A stretch of DNA of 64,000 nucleotides from Candidatus Bathyarchaeia archaeon (GCA_038897035.1 JAWAXF010000005.1:4648-68647); one strand, 5' to 3'; counted from the stretch's first letter, positions 50,584 through 59,278 are shown. Notes: generated by a model not told the origin, from the letters alone. Numbers and translations are program-made.

Positions 50584-51380
50584 ATACCCCTAGTTCTGGT
50601 GCGGTTCACATAAGCCCGACTTTTAAATCTTCGAGTACAGAGTTTAATGTGAATGCGGATATTCATGATTATGCTGGTAGGCTTCGGAGGGCTAGAGAGG
50701 CTTTAGTTAGCTAGAGAATAGCGGCCTACTCATATCCTTCATAGATGCACGTTCTACAAGTTTAAGAACGAGAGCTGAGGGAGAGGGTAGGCTCAAAATA
50801 ACTGCTAAAATACTTTGGGAAACCCAATTTTAGATTAAATCTCCCATAAAAGCGTAAGGATTATCATATTTTACTTGACCTTTACGGGCTAAAAATAGGT
50901 TCCGGGAGAACGAAGGGGCCGAGGGAAAAACAATAATAGAGAACCTATGGGCCTATATTTCTACGTTGGCGGCGGGCTCGGTTGATTAGATAATCCTCAT
51001 GCCCTCGGTGGAGGACCACTTCCCCATCGCCCGCCGCCCAAGAAATATTATTGTGTAGCCTTATATGAGGTTATCCATTTCCTCAATCGTCTTTTATTTC
51101 AGGGTTATGTTTATGAGATGCCTCTATAATAGATATTTTGGCGATGAATGCTTCTATTACTCCCGGCGCAGACTATTAGGGGATGATGAGCCGAATAAAA
51201 GATTCTCGCGGGTAACATCTTAGGGCCAGGCATAGTCTTTCTCTTATATGCGGCTCAGTGCTGCGTGGGTCCATCATCCACTCATGTCAGTTGAGGGCCG
51301 CCTCATCGCCGCAACAACTAGTCAATACTGTTATATCCTCGGCTTAGGAATATTAATTTTTAGTTGTATTGTGGGATAAA

Positions 51381-52127
51381 ATGGTCACCTCCAACGGCTC
51401 CGAGTGGCGTAGTCCATTGCCTTATGCCAGTAGTCGGTTTGGCGAGATAACCTACTCTTGGAATCCCATAGTTGGCTGCCTACACAACTGCGTCTATTGC
51501 TGGTCTAGAAAATACGCTGCTAGATTGGCCTCTAGAGGCATTGAGCCCTATAGGTCGTACGGCTTTAACCCAACATTTGTGGCTGAGAGACTTAGGCAAA
51601 AGCTTCCAAATAGAGGGTTCATATTTGTCTCGGACATGGGTGACATGTGGGGCGAGTGGATTTCAAGGGATTGGATTGAGAGCGTACTAAGGGTTGTTAG
51701 GTCTAAGCCTAGGACAAACTTCCTATTCCTAACAAAGAATCCAGCAAGATACCTTGAGTTCATAGGAGAGTTCAGCGATAACGTTGTCCTTGGAGCAACG
51801 ATTGAGACAAATAGGGACTATGGGCTGAGCAGGGCCCCGTCGCCAAGGGAGCGTTATAAGGCCATGCTTAATCTGGACTGGAGGTGGAAGGCCATATTTA
51901 TAGAGCCTATATTGGACTTTGACGATGAGTTCATAGGCTGGATACGTGAGATAAAGCCATGCATGGTCTACGTTGGATATGATAATCATGGAAATAGGCT
52001 TTCGGAGCCAGAGCTGGTGAAGACCGAAATACTCCTCAAGGCGCTGGTCAGCATAACGGAGCTTAAACTGGGGACTGTAAGGAGGGCATGGTACGAGAGG
52101 CAGCTCACCAGCCGCAAAAATTTATAG
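51381..52127 (+). CDS. Phage Gp37/Gp68-like (DUF5131-like) protein
   Basis: The N-terminal 'ITYSWNPIVGCLHNCVYCWSRKYAARL' resembles the DUF5131 'W.TWNP..GC...S.GC..CYA..' signature. Also 'FVSDMGDMWGEW' and 'FLFLTKNP'. Confidence 0.5.
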   Translation: MVTSNGSEWRSPLPYASSRFGEITYSWNPIVGCLHNCVYCWSRKYAARLASRGIEPYRSYGFNPTFVAERLRQKLPNRGFIFVSDMGDMWGEWISRDWIESVLRVVRSKPRTNFLFLTKNPARYLEFIGEFSDNVVLGATIETNRDYGLSRAPSPRERYKAMLNLDWRWKAIFIEPILDFDDEFIGWIREIKPCMVYVGYDNHGNRLSEPELVKTEILLKALVSITELKLGTVRRAWYERQLTSRKNL

Positions 52128-52153
52128 CGGCAATCATATAAGCAGTAATTATT

Positions 52154-52223
52154 GGGGATGATGAGGGTCGAAAGCGCGGACAGAAAAGTGGACTGTATGA
52201 CAGGCTGGCTGATCACTGATCCC
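52154..52223 (+). ncRNA. Candidate box C/D sRNA
   Basis: C box AUGAUGA (52158-64) and D box CUGA (52216-19), closed by a terminal stem GGGG(52154-57)/UCCC(52220-23). A possible D' CGGA (52177-80) lies 12 nt after C. A degenerate C' AUGACAG (52197-203) lies 12 nt before D. The internal spacer is longer than usual. Confidence 0.4.
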
Positions 52224-52434
52224 GCAGCAACCAAAATCTAATTTCTCCCAGAGAACCTTAGACCACTCAGGGCTACATATAAAATGAGATGAGATTATTA
52301 GGGGTGATAGGGGCGAGGCTGCTATCCCTATTATAGCACTCTACACTATTAATTGCTGAATAAACGCTCAGGTCTCGCAATCCTAAATAGCAGTAGCTGA
52401 GAAAAAGGGAAGACTGCTGTTAACGCTCCCACTA

Positions 52435-54090
52435 TTATGGTATTGTAAACTCGGCTGAGGCAGTTATTGGGAGGCCGCTCCCCTCAAGCCAACCCGTTGC
52501 AACAGCCCTATACGTTCCGAGAGCCGGTGGCTTCAGCGGGCGCTCAAGCGGGATTGTAACTGTCACGTTCTCTCCGGGCTTAAGCTTCGTCAGAACCTGG
52601 GCCGCTATAGGCGTGTAGACGGGCACCCATACAGCAGCAATCTTCCTCTCAATAACAATTCCGTAGGCCGAGTTCGGGAAGACGATTGTCTCGTTTCCGA
52701 CGTTCTCCAAGGTTACCTTCACTAAATAGTCCCTTCCGACCCTCTCAGCCTTAACACTTAGCCTCAGCACGTCGCTTGGGGTGGGTTTTATTGGCCCTAT
52801 CGGTGGTACTGGCACTATAATTGGTCTGGATGGAGCCATTAGCGTAGCCCTTATATACGGCGTATTATCCTCAACAACGACCCTGCCGATCACTGTCACT
52901 TCCGCGCCCTCTAAAATCGGTAGCATGCGTATAATGCCCACGCGTCCCTCTCCAACAATGTAGATCCAACCAGTATCGTCTGCAAGTATCCACGAACCCT
53001 TCTTGGGCGGTGCGCCAGATGGCCCTAGAAGATCCTCAGGCGGCTTCTCTCCGCAGTAATTCCCTTCAACTCTAACTATCTTTCCATTAAAGGCTGAGGC
53101 GTTTGCGAGGATGTCACCAACCTTCACTCTCATCGAAGGCCTCTCAGGAACTATCTCCCTGGTCTCACGGAGAATACGGCCTATACCTTTAAGATCCTCA
53201 AGTATCTCCTTAATCACGTCCTTAATCTTCTTCCCAGCACCCTTAACTATTTCTGTTAGGTTCTGTATTATTTGGCCGAGATTTCCGAGACCAAGTCCTT
53301 CCATAACCTCAGTCTCATTCAACCCCTCCTCCCTAATCCTCCTAGTGAACTCATTACGGATCCTCCCAAAATTGATGACAAACTTCTCCGCCCTCTTCTG
53401 AAGCATCTCCTCAGCCCTACTCCTTAGGCGGACGAAGGCCTCTGATATAAGTTTATTTGCCTCGGCGAGATTATGGGCCGCGGTGGGGATATTACCTTGC
53501 TTTAGGAGTGGCCCTATATTATTCAGTAGGTTCTCCGCCTGAGAGAGTAGATCTTTAACTTCGGAGGCATTTGGCAGAGACTTGATACGCTCAATCCTCT
53601 CGAGTGACCTGTTAGCGGCGACCAGGAGGCCCTGCGCCTTCAGCTCAGGAGCCTCTCCAAACTCTAGGGGTGTCACGCCAGCCTGGCAGAGAATCTTATG
53701 GATTCCAGCGTAGGCATCCCTCAGCAGCCTCATAGCCTCAATGGCCCCCTTGATGGCTTCGGTGTACTTCCCGGTCTCGAGCAAGCTCTTAGCTTCCTCT
53801 AGGAGGTCTAAGCCCTGATCTCTGAGAGCAATCGTATCATTGAGGGATGAGCTGAGCCCGGCGTCCACGATGGCCTTCATAATCGTCTCATTCCCCTCAA
53901 TCATATTTATGAGGGCGTTGACCCTCGCCTCAGCCTTAACGGCAACATTTATTATGGCTCTCGCCTTAGCCTCTAAGCCGTCCTCAGCCGCTGCGGGCAA
54001 ATCTAGAGCGCCTGCCTCTGCAGCTACCGAAGAGAGCATTATTACTAGAGCAAGAGCCGTTAGACTTAGAGCCTTCAACCTCACATGCAT
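52435..54090 (-). CDS. Hypothetical secreted/anchored protein (alpha-helical N-terminal half, beta-rich C-terminal half)
   Basis: N-terminal signal/anchor 'ALSLTALALVIMLSSVAAEA'. A long Ala/Leu/Glu-rich helical region is followed by an 'IVRVEGNYCG..WILADDTGWIYIVG' OB-like segment and an Ig-like tail. No family recognised. Confidence 0.5.
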   Translation of the reverse strand: MHVRLKALSLTALALVIMLSSVAAEAGALDLPAAAEDGLEAKARAIINVAVKAEARVNALINMIEGNETIMKAIVDAGLSSSLNDTIALRDQGLDLLEEAKSLLETGKYTEAIKGAIEAMRLLRDAYAGIHKILCQAGVTPLEFGEAPELKAQGLLVAANRSLERIERIKSLPNASEVKDLLSQAENLLNNIGPLLKQGNIPTAAHNLAEANKLISEAFVRLRSRAEEMLQKRAEKFVINFGRIRNEFTRRIREEGLNETEVMEGLGLGNLGQIIQNLTEIVKGAGKKIKDVIKEILEDLKGIGRILRETREIVPERPSMRVKVGDILANASAFNGKIVRVEGNYCGEKPPEDLLGPSGAPPKKGSWILADDTGWIYIVGEGRVGIIRMLPILEGAEVTVIGRVVVEDNTPYIRATLMAPSRPIIVPVPPIGPIKPTPSDVLRLSVKAERVGRDYLVKVTLENVGNETIVFPNSAYGIVIERKIAAVWVPVYTPIAAQVLTKLKPGENVTVTIPLERPLKPPALGTYRAVATGWLEGSGLPITASAEFTIP

Positions 54091-54226
54091 CACCAAACAT
54101 TAATATGCAAGAAGCCTAAGATAAGGGACACCTTGAAACGCCGCGTTTCATAGCTCTTGAGAGAATCTTTTAGCGCATTAAGGGATATTTAAGAGACCGC
54201 GGATAGGTTTTTATCGGTTGGTCTAT

Positions 54227-55174
54227 ATGCGCTTTAAGGCCGTTACAGCCGTAGCTCTCCTCCTTTCAGCCTTCTGCTTACTTGCATATCAGAATTTTAC
54301 TCTATGGGGGAATAACGCAGCCCTCAGGGGTACTCTTGCCTCAGAAATATCTAGGAGAGCCGCCGTTGAGGGACTCTATGAAAAGCTCCTCGAAGATTAT
54401 TATGACCTCCTTAAGAATTACACAAGTCTCTCTTCAGAGGCGGGGCGGCTTAAGATCCTATATGACGGTCTACTGGGCAACTATTCGGCACTCAGGGATC
54501 AGCATGCAAAGCTCGTAGAGGAGTATACTGCGCTCAATGAGACCCACAGCATATTGCAACGAGACCACATGTCCCTTATAACCAGATACATTGAGCTGGA
54601 GACGGCATACGCGGCATTAAACAGGTCATACGGGGAACTGCTTCAAGAACTTGCAGCCCTTGAGAGCATAGTTAGGGACTATGAGGAACTACGGGCAAAA
54701 TATGACCTACTTCTAAGCGGAAACCAAGCGCTTCAAGAGGAGCTCCTGGCATTGAGGGGCCAATATGAGGCACTCTATAGGGCGCTTTATGAGCCCCTTT
54801 GGTCTAACATGACCGTTACGCCATCACTCAACGAGCTTAGAGAGTGGTTGGCTGAGGATGATACAGACAAGATCACATACAAAGAGTGGGACTTCGTATG
54901 CGGGGACTACGCCACAATGCTCTCTATGCATGCTAAACTTAAAGGCTGGGATATGGGTGTAGTTGCCGTGCTTGGTCACGACGCCGATAGGAAGATATTT
55001 GCGCATGCATTTAACGCCATAAGGTGCAGGGAGGGCTTAGTTTACGTTGAGCCGCAGAATGACCAAGTATTTTACGGGCCGATAATCGAGGGAATATGGT
55101 ACATGCACCCTAACTATGGGATGATCTTCGTCGAAAAACTTATAGTCGTCATGCCATACCAGTCTCCACTTTAA
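54227..55174 (+). CDS. Membrane-anchored coiled-coil protein with C-terminal transglutaminase-like (Cys-His-Asp) domain; tentative
   Basis: N-terminal TM 'AVALLLSAFCLLAY'. About 170 aa of heptad-like 'L..(E/N)Y..L' repeats. The C-terminus has 'FVCGDYATML', 'FAHAFNAI' and 'EPQND', matching the order of the transglutaminase-like catalytic triad. Confidence 0.45.
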   Translation: MRFKAVTAVALLLSAFCLLAYQNFTLWGNNAALRGTLASEISRRAAVEGLYEKLLEDYYDLLKNYTSLSSEAGRLKILYDGLLGNYSALRDQHAKLVEEYTALNETHSILQRDHMSLITRYIELETAYAALNRSYGELLQELAALESIVRDYEELRAKYDLLLSGNQALQEELLALRGQYEALYRALYEPLWSNMTVTPSLNELREWLAEDDTDKITYKEWDFVCGDYATMLSMHAKLKGWDMGVVAVLGHDADRKIFAHAFNAIRCREGLVYVEPQNDQVFYGPIIEGIWYMHPNYGMIFVEKLIVVMPYQSPL

Positions 55175-55236
55175 ACATTCCGCTCAGTAGAGCCGTGAAA
55201 CGTTAAAATATCTTCACGGAAGATGCCAAAGGACTA

Positions 55237-56343
55237 TTAACATATTCTTGGGATTGGGTCTCCTATTGGCCTTGCTATTATCCTTTTTCCGCCAATAACC
55301 GTTTCCATCACCACGCCATTAAACTTGTCAGTTACTTCGCCTATTATCTCGGCTTCTCTCCCCTCACTCGCCCCCCTAAGGAATTCTAGAACCTCATCAG
55401 CCTTCTCCCTAACAACGCCCATGATAACCTTGCCCTCATTACCTATCTCAAGCGGATCTAAACCAAGCATCTCACACGCAGCCCTAACTTGCTCGCATAT
55501 CGGTATCCTATCCTCATAGATTAATATCCCAACGCCAGATTTCTCGGCAAACTCATTTAATGCGTCCGCTAGGCCACCCCTAGTCGGATCCTTCATTGAG
55601 ACTACCCCGCCGACCTCGCCAAGTACACACTGGATCATCTTGTTTAACGGCTTAACATCTGATTTAACATCCCCGCCGAAGTCCAGCCCCTCCTGAGCTG
55701 ATAGGACGGCTATGCCGTGGTCCCCTATAGTTCCCGAGATAATTATTTTATCGCCGGGCCTAAGGTTTGAATCCAGTATCCATCTGCTCCCAAAATCCTC
55801 CCTATATTTCCTAACAACATTGAGGTCCTTCTCCAAGTTCTCTGTCCTAAATCCTATGCCGGAGGTGTTTATCACGCAGCCCCCTAGGCTCCCCCTCTCA
55901 ACAACTTTAGTGTCCCCAGTGACTATCGCCACACCAGCTTCAAGGCACGCCTCACGCATGCTAGCGAGTATTCGCTCAAGATCCCTCAATGGGAGACCCT
56001 CCTCAAGGATTAGCCCACAGGCAAGCGCCATGGGCTGTGCACCCATGACGGCGATATCGTTAACAGTCCCGGAGACCGCTAGGCGCCCAATATCTCCGCC
56101 AGGGAAGAAGATTGGCTTAACTGCATGTGAGTCACTTTTAAGCACTATATCGCCTACGACAGCAGCGTCGTCAAGGGCCTTTAGTGGGACAATTACATCG
56201 GGTATATCAAGGCCGCCAAAGAACCTAAGAATATATTTTCTGATAAAGTTATGCATAACTAAGCCGCCAGCGCCATAGAGCATCGTTATATATTCTTCAC
56301 CAGCAGACAACCCTACACGCCCCGAGCCGTAGTACGGACACAT
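55237..56343 (-). CDS. hypE: Hydrogenase maturation protein HypE
   Basis: AIR-synthase-like fold and the diagnostic C-terminal 'PRIC' motif. 'DPTRGGLA' block. Start uncertain. Confidence 0.85.
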   Translation of the reverse strand: MCPYYGSGRVGLSAGEEYITMLYGAGGLVMHNFIRKYILRFFGGLDIPDVIVPLKALDDAAVVGDIVLKSDSHAVKPIFFPGGDIGRLAVSGTVNDIAVMGAQPMALACGLILEEGLPLRDLERILASMREACLEAGVAIVTGDTKVVERGSLGGCVINTSGIGFRTENLEKDLNVVRKYREDFGSRWILDSNLRPGDKIIISGTIGDHGIAVLSAQEGLDFGGDVKSDVKPLNKMIQCVLGEVGGVVSMKDPTRGGLADALNEFAEKSGVGILIYEDRIPICEQVRAACEMLGLDPLEIGNEGKVIMGVVREKADEVLEFLRGASEGREAEIIGEVTDKFNGVVMETVIGGKRIIARPIGDPIPRIC

Positions 56344-56378
56344 AAAATATTTAATTATTATCGTAATCAAGTTTTCTT

Positions 56379-56777
56379 ATGCATGAGTGGGCTCTGGCTG
56401 AGGCGATTATCTCCGCTGTATCTGAGACCGCTGAAAGGGAGAGACTTAGAGAAATTAGTAGTGTAGTGATCGTTATTGGAGAGCTACAGCATGTTAACAA
56501 GGATATACTTAGGTTCGCCATAGAGCAGCTCAAGCAGAATAGACTTACCGGAGCCAAGTTTATTATAAGATCCACTCGCGCCAAGTTCATATGCAGAGCC
56601 TGCGGCCATAAGTGGTCTTTAAAGAGGACTGATTTATCAAAGGATGTTAGGGAGGCTATACACTTCGTCCCTGAAACTGTCCACGCATACCTCAAATGCC
56701 CAGTATGCGGTAGCCCAGACTTCGAAATCTCTGGCGGGAGGGGCGTTTGGATAGCCAGCATAAGGGGCGAGAGATAA
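56379..56777 (+). CDS. hypA: Hydrogenase nickel-insertion protein HypA
   Basis: 'MHEWALAEAII' N-terminus (MHE nickel site) plus zinc motif 'CRACG...CPVCGS'. Confidence 0.85.
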   Translation: MHEWALAEAIISAVSETAERERLREISSVVIVIGELQHVNKDILRFAIEQLKQNRLTGAKFIIRSTRAKFICRACGHKWSLKRTDLSKDVREAIHFVPETVHAYLKCPVCGSPDFEISGGRGVWIASIRGER

Positions 56778-56779
56778 AA

Positions 56780-57523
56780 ATGCTAGACCCAAGAATAAAT
56801 GCTATAAATAATAGGCTAAGTGGAATAAATAGAATAATTGCCGTTGCGAGCGGTAAGGGCGGCGTCGGGAAAAGCATCATAGCTTCTACAATGGCCCTGC
56901 TATCAGCTAAAAGTGGACTTAAAAGCGGGCTACTAGACATAGATTTCACTAGCCCAACAACCCACATAGTCTTAAATGCCAGGGGCCTGCAGCCGGTCGA
57001 GGATAGGGGGATTGTTCCGCCGGAGGTAAATGGCGTAAGGTACATGTCGCTGGTATTTTACCTCGGCGATAAGCCCTCGCCGTTGAGGGGTCATGAGCTA
57101 TCGGATACGCTGCTTGAGGTACTCGCATACACGGTGTGGGGTAGGCTAGGTCTGCTTGTAATAGACATGCCGCCGGGCATAAGTGACTTAACGCTCGACC
57201 TACTAAAATATGTGAGGGGGGCAGAGTATTTAATAGTAACCACGCCCTCAAAGATGTCTTTTGAAACCATCAGGAAGCTCATACTGCTCCTTAGGGAGCT
57301 TAGGGCGCCAATCCTAGGCGTAGTTGAGAATATGAAGATGGGCGGCGCGGACTATATTAGGCGGGAGGTAGAGGTCCTAGGAGAGAGATATTTGGGCGAG
57401 ATACATTATGATGAGGGGCTGGAGGACACTCTCGGCAGAGTAGAGGAACTGCTAAGAACAAGATTCGCGGCCGAGGTTGGAGAAATCCTACGGAAGATCA
57501 TTAATGTTAAGCCTCAATACTGA
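56780..57523 (+). CDS. Mrp/MinD/NBP35-family P-loop ATPase (possible ATPase-type HypB)
   Basis: Deviant Walker A 'VASGKGGVGKS' and 'LVIDMPPGISD'. Directly follows hypA with a 2-nt gap. Confidence 0.75.
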   Translation: MLDPRINAINNRLSGINRIIAVASGKGGVGKSIIASTMALLSAKSGLKSGLLDIDFTSPTTHIVLNARGLQPVEDRGIVPPEVNGVRYMSLVFYLGDKPSPLRGHELSDTLLEVLAYTVWGRLGLLVIDMPPGISDLTLDLLKYVRGAEYLIVTTPSKMSFETIRKLILLLRELRAPILGVVENMKMGGADYIRREVEVLGERYLGEIHYDEGLEDTLGRVEELLRTRFAAEVGEILRKIINVKPQY

Positions 57524-57554
57524 AATCTATATACTATTAAAGGGTGCCGGATTA

Positions 57555-58166
57555 ATGGGAAGGAAGATTATTCAGGCCAGCAATATCTGCGCGCTCTGCC
57601 AAGGAAAGTATCCCAGTAGTGCGCTTTATACATGCGGCCGCTGCGGGCTGAGGTACTGCGGGAACTGTGTTCTGTTTGGGGATGGTGGAGTTATATGCTT
57701 AAGGTGCGCGGTGAAGAGAGTGACGCCGAGGACCCGGGAGAGCAAGTACATGAAGCTCGGCCAATTCTTAGCGAGGAGGGCGGGGGGTCTAAGCGAGATC
57801 ACGCTCTCGTTCCATCAGATAGAGGAGATTATCGGAGAAAGGTTGCCTGAGTCTGCCAGAACCCGAAAGACCTGGTGGAGCAACATTAGGGGCAGGATGC
57901 CATCTGAAGCTTGGCTAACTGTAGGCTGGGCCGTGAAGGAGGTTGACCTAAAGGGGAAGATGGTAAGGTTCATTAGGGAGACAGAACCTAAAAAGGAGGC
58001 AAAAAGGAAAACCACAGAGGAAGCCGGGCCGGAATTTAAGGCTCTAGCCTTTAAAGCTAGGGCCACAGAAATAACTTTAAGGAAGAAGAGACCCTCAAAA
58101 ACTAAATTGGCGATGCTACAGGCGCGCCTAAAGAATATTGAGAGACAACGTAGAGGTAGACCTTAA
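57555..58166 (+). CDS. Hypothetical protein: N-terminal multi-Cys zinc-ribbon + conserved 'LPxSAR..WWSN' domain + basic tail
   Basis: 'CALCQG..YTCGRCGLRYCGNCVLFGDGGVICLRC' has 8 Cys. Then 'ITLSFHQIEEIIGERLPESARTRKTWWSN..EAWLTVGWAVKEVDLKGKMVRF'. The C-terminus is Lys/Arg-rich. Confidence 0.45.
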   Translation: MGRKIIQASNICALCQGKYPSSALYTCGRCGLRYCGNCVLFGDGGVICLRCAVKRVTPRTRESKYMKLGQFLARRAGGLSEITLSFHQIEEIIGERLPESARTRKTWWSNIRGRMPSEAWLTVGWAVKEVDLKGKMVRFIRETEPKKEAKRKTTEEAGPEFKALAFKARATEITLRKKRPSKTKLAMLQARLKNIERQRRGRP

Positions 58167-58250
58167 GAGCAGGTTACTTTAGAGGCGCAATCTCTCCCGC
58201 GAGCCGCAAAGCAATTATTTTTCACTCAAAAATAGGATAGATGGGATGGC

Positions 58251-58562
58251 ATGATGGCTAAGGTTAGGGTTAAGTACTTCGGCAGGGTACGCGAGCTCTT
58301 CAGCGTCAAGGAAGAGGAATATGAGGTTGAGGACTCTAGTTTAGAGGATCTTCTCCTCAAGCATATACCCAGTAGACACGAGAGAACCGCTAGGGAGTGG
58401 AGGAAAATAATGTTCCCGGCTGAGGGGGGCACTAGCAAGATTGGAAGCTCGACGCTCGGGGGGAATTATTTAATATTCGTTAATGGTGAGCCACGTGACA
58501 TAAAATATAAGCTCAAGGATGGAGATATAGTCGCAATTCTCCCACCAGTCGGAGGTGGATGA
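58251..58562 (+). CDS. moaD: MoaD/ThiS-family ubiquitin-like sulfur carrier (SAMP-like)
   Basis: 103 aa ending in '..ILPPVGGG', a Gly-Gly C-terminus. Overlaps the moaE start. Confidence 0.7.
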   Translation: MMAKVRVKYFGRVRELFSVKEEEYEVEDSSLEDLLLKHIPSRHERTAREWRKIMFPAEGGTSKIGSSTLGGNYLIFVNGEPRDIKYKLKDGDIVAILPPVGGG

Positions 58563-58983
58563 AGTGAGGATTAAAATTTCTGAGAAGCTCGACGACCTAA
58601 ACGCGTTGCTCAGCGAGATTAAAAGATCTTCTAGTGAGGTGGGCGCGGTGACGATCTTCGTTGGTTCGGCTAGGGGCATCGGCAATAACGGTGGTAGGGT
58701 TTTGAGGTTGGAGTATGAAGCCTATGAGGAGGCTGCCGTGAAGGCTCTTGAGAGGATAATAGAGGACTTAAAGGGCAAGTATGGCATAATTGATGCGATA
58801 GTAGAGCATAGGACCGGAGAGGTTGGCGTTGGGGAGGACATAGTGTACGCCCTAGTCGCATCAAAACATAGGGAGGAGGGATTTAAATCAATAGTGGAGC
58901 TGATAGAGAGGCTAAAGAGGGAAGTTCCGATATGGAAGAAAGAGATAACGGATAAAGGGTCACGGTGGATAGAGAATCTCTAA
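58555..58983 (+). CDS. moaE: Molybdopterin synthase catalytic subunit MoaE
   Basis: 'GAVTIFVG.ARG', 'EYEAYEEAA', 'VEHRTGEVGVGE' and 'HREEGF..PIWKKE' are MoaE motifs. GTG start overlapping the moaD stop. Confidence 0.8.
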   Translation: MDEVRIKISEKLDDLNALLSEIKRSSSEVGAVTIFVGSARGIGNNGGRVLRLEYEAYEEAAVKALERIIEDLKGKYGIIDAIVEHRTGEVGVGEDIVYALVASKHREEGFKSIVELIERLKREVPIWKKEITDKGSRWIENL

Positions 58984-59002
58984 GACCAGAGATTTTTGCT
59001 GT

Positions 59003-59221
59003 TCAGCGAGGGGCTAACTCCCTTTTAGCTTTAGCCCTTTCCTCCATCCCATAGTACATGGTCCACTTCAGCTTACGGGAGTCTCGACCAAGCTTAAGCT
59101 GGTTCTTCCTACACTTACTTGAACAGAACCAAAATATCGATCCATCATTATTAACGTACATTATCCCCGTTCCAAGATTAAACTCTCGGCCACAGAACGT
59201 ACATCTCCTCGGCCTTGGCAT
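59003..59221 (-). CDS. rpl24e: 50S ribosomal protein L24e
   Basis: '[36 protein letters not shown]' is the L24e zinc-ribbon signature. Confidence 0.9.
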   Translation of the reverse strand: MPRPRRCTFCGREFNLGTGIMYVNNDGSIFWFCSSKCRKNQLKLGRDSRKLKWTMYYGMEERAKAKRELAPR

Positions 59222-59278
59222 CCATGCCCCAACCTTAAGCAGGTATTAAGATGAAGATCGGCTAAATAAACTTATAGT

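Noticed and set aside
50899-50945. 'GCCGAGGGAAAAAC' as a possible RNase P RNA CR-I element (GAGGAAAGUCC), and the ORF-free region as RNase P or SRP RNA.
   Set aside because: - The match to CR-I is only partial and lacks AGUCC.
- I could not find CR-IV or CR-V (ACAGAA..) motifs.
- I could not find the SRP helix-8 'GGAAGCAG'-type motif.
This is left as an Rfam check, not a call.
51183-51279. The first GGGGAUGAUGAG copy as the C box of a second C/D sRNA.
   Set aside because: No CUGA D box occurs within about 90 nt downstream on the plus strand. The minus-strand alternative (GAUGAUGG + 12 nt + CUGA) lacks C' and D boxes and a terminal stem.
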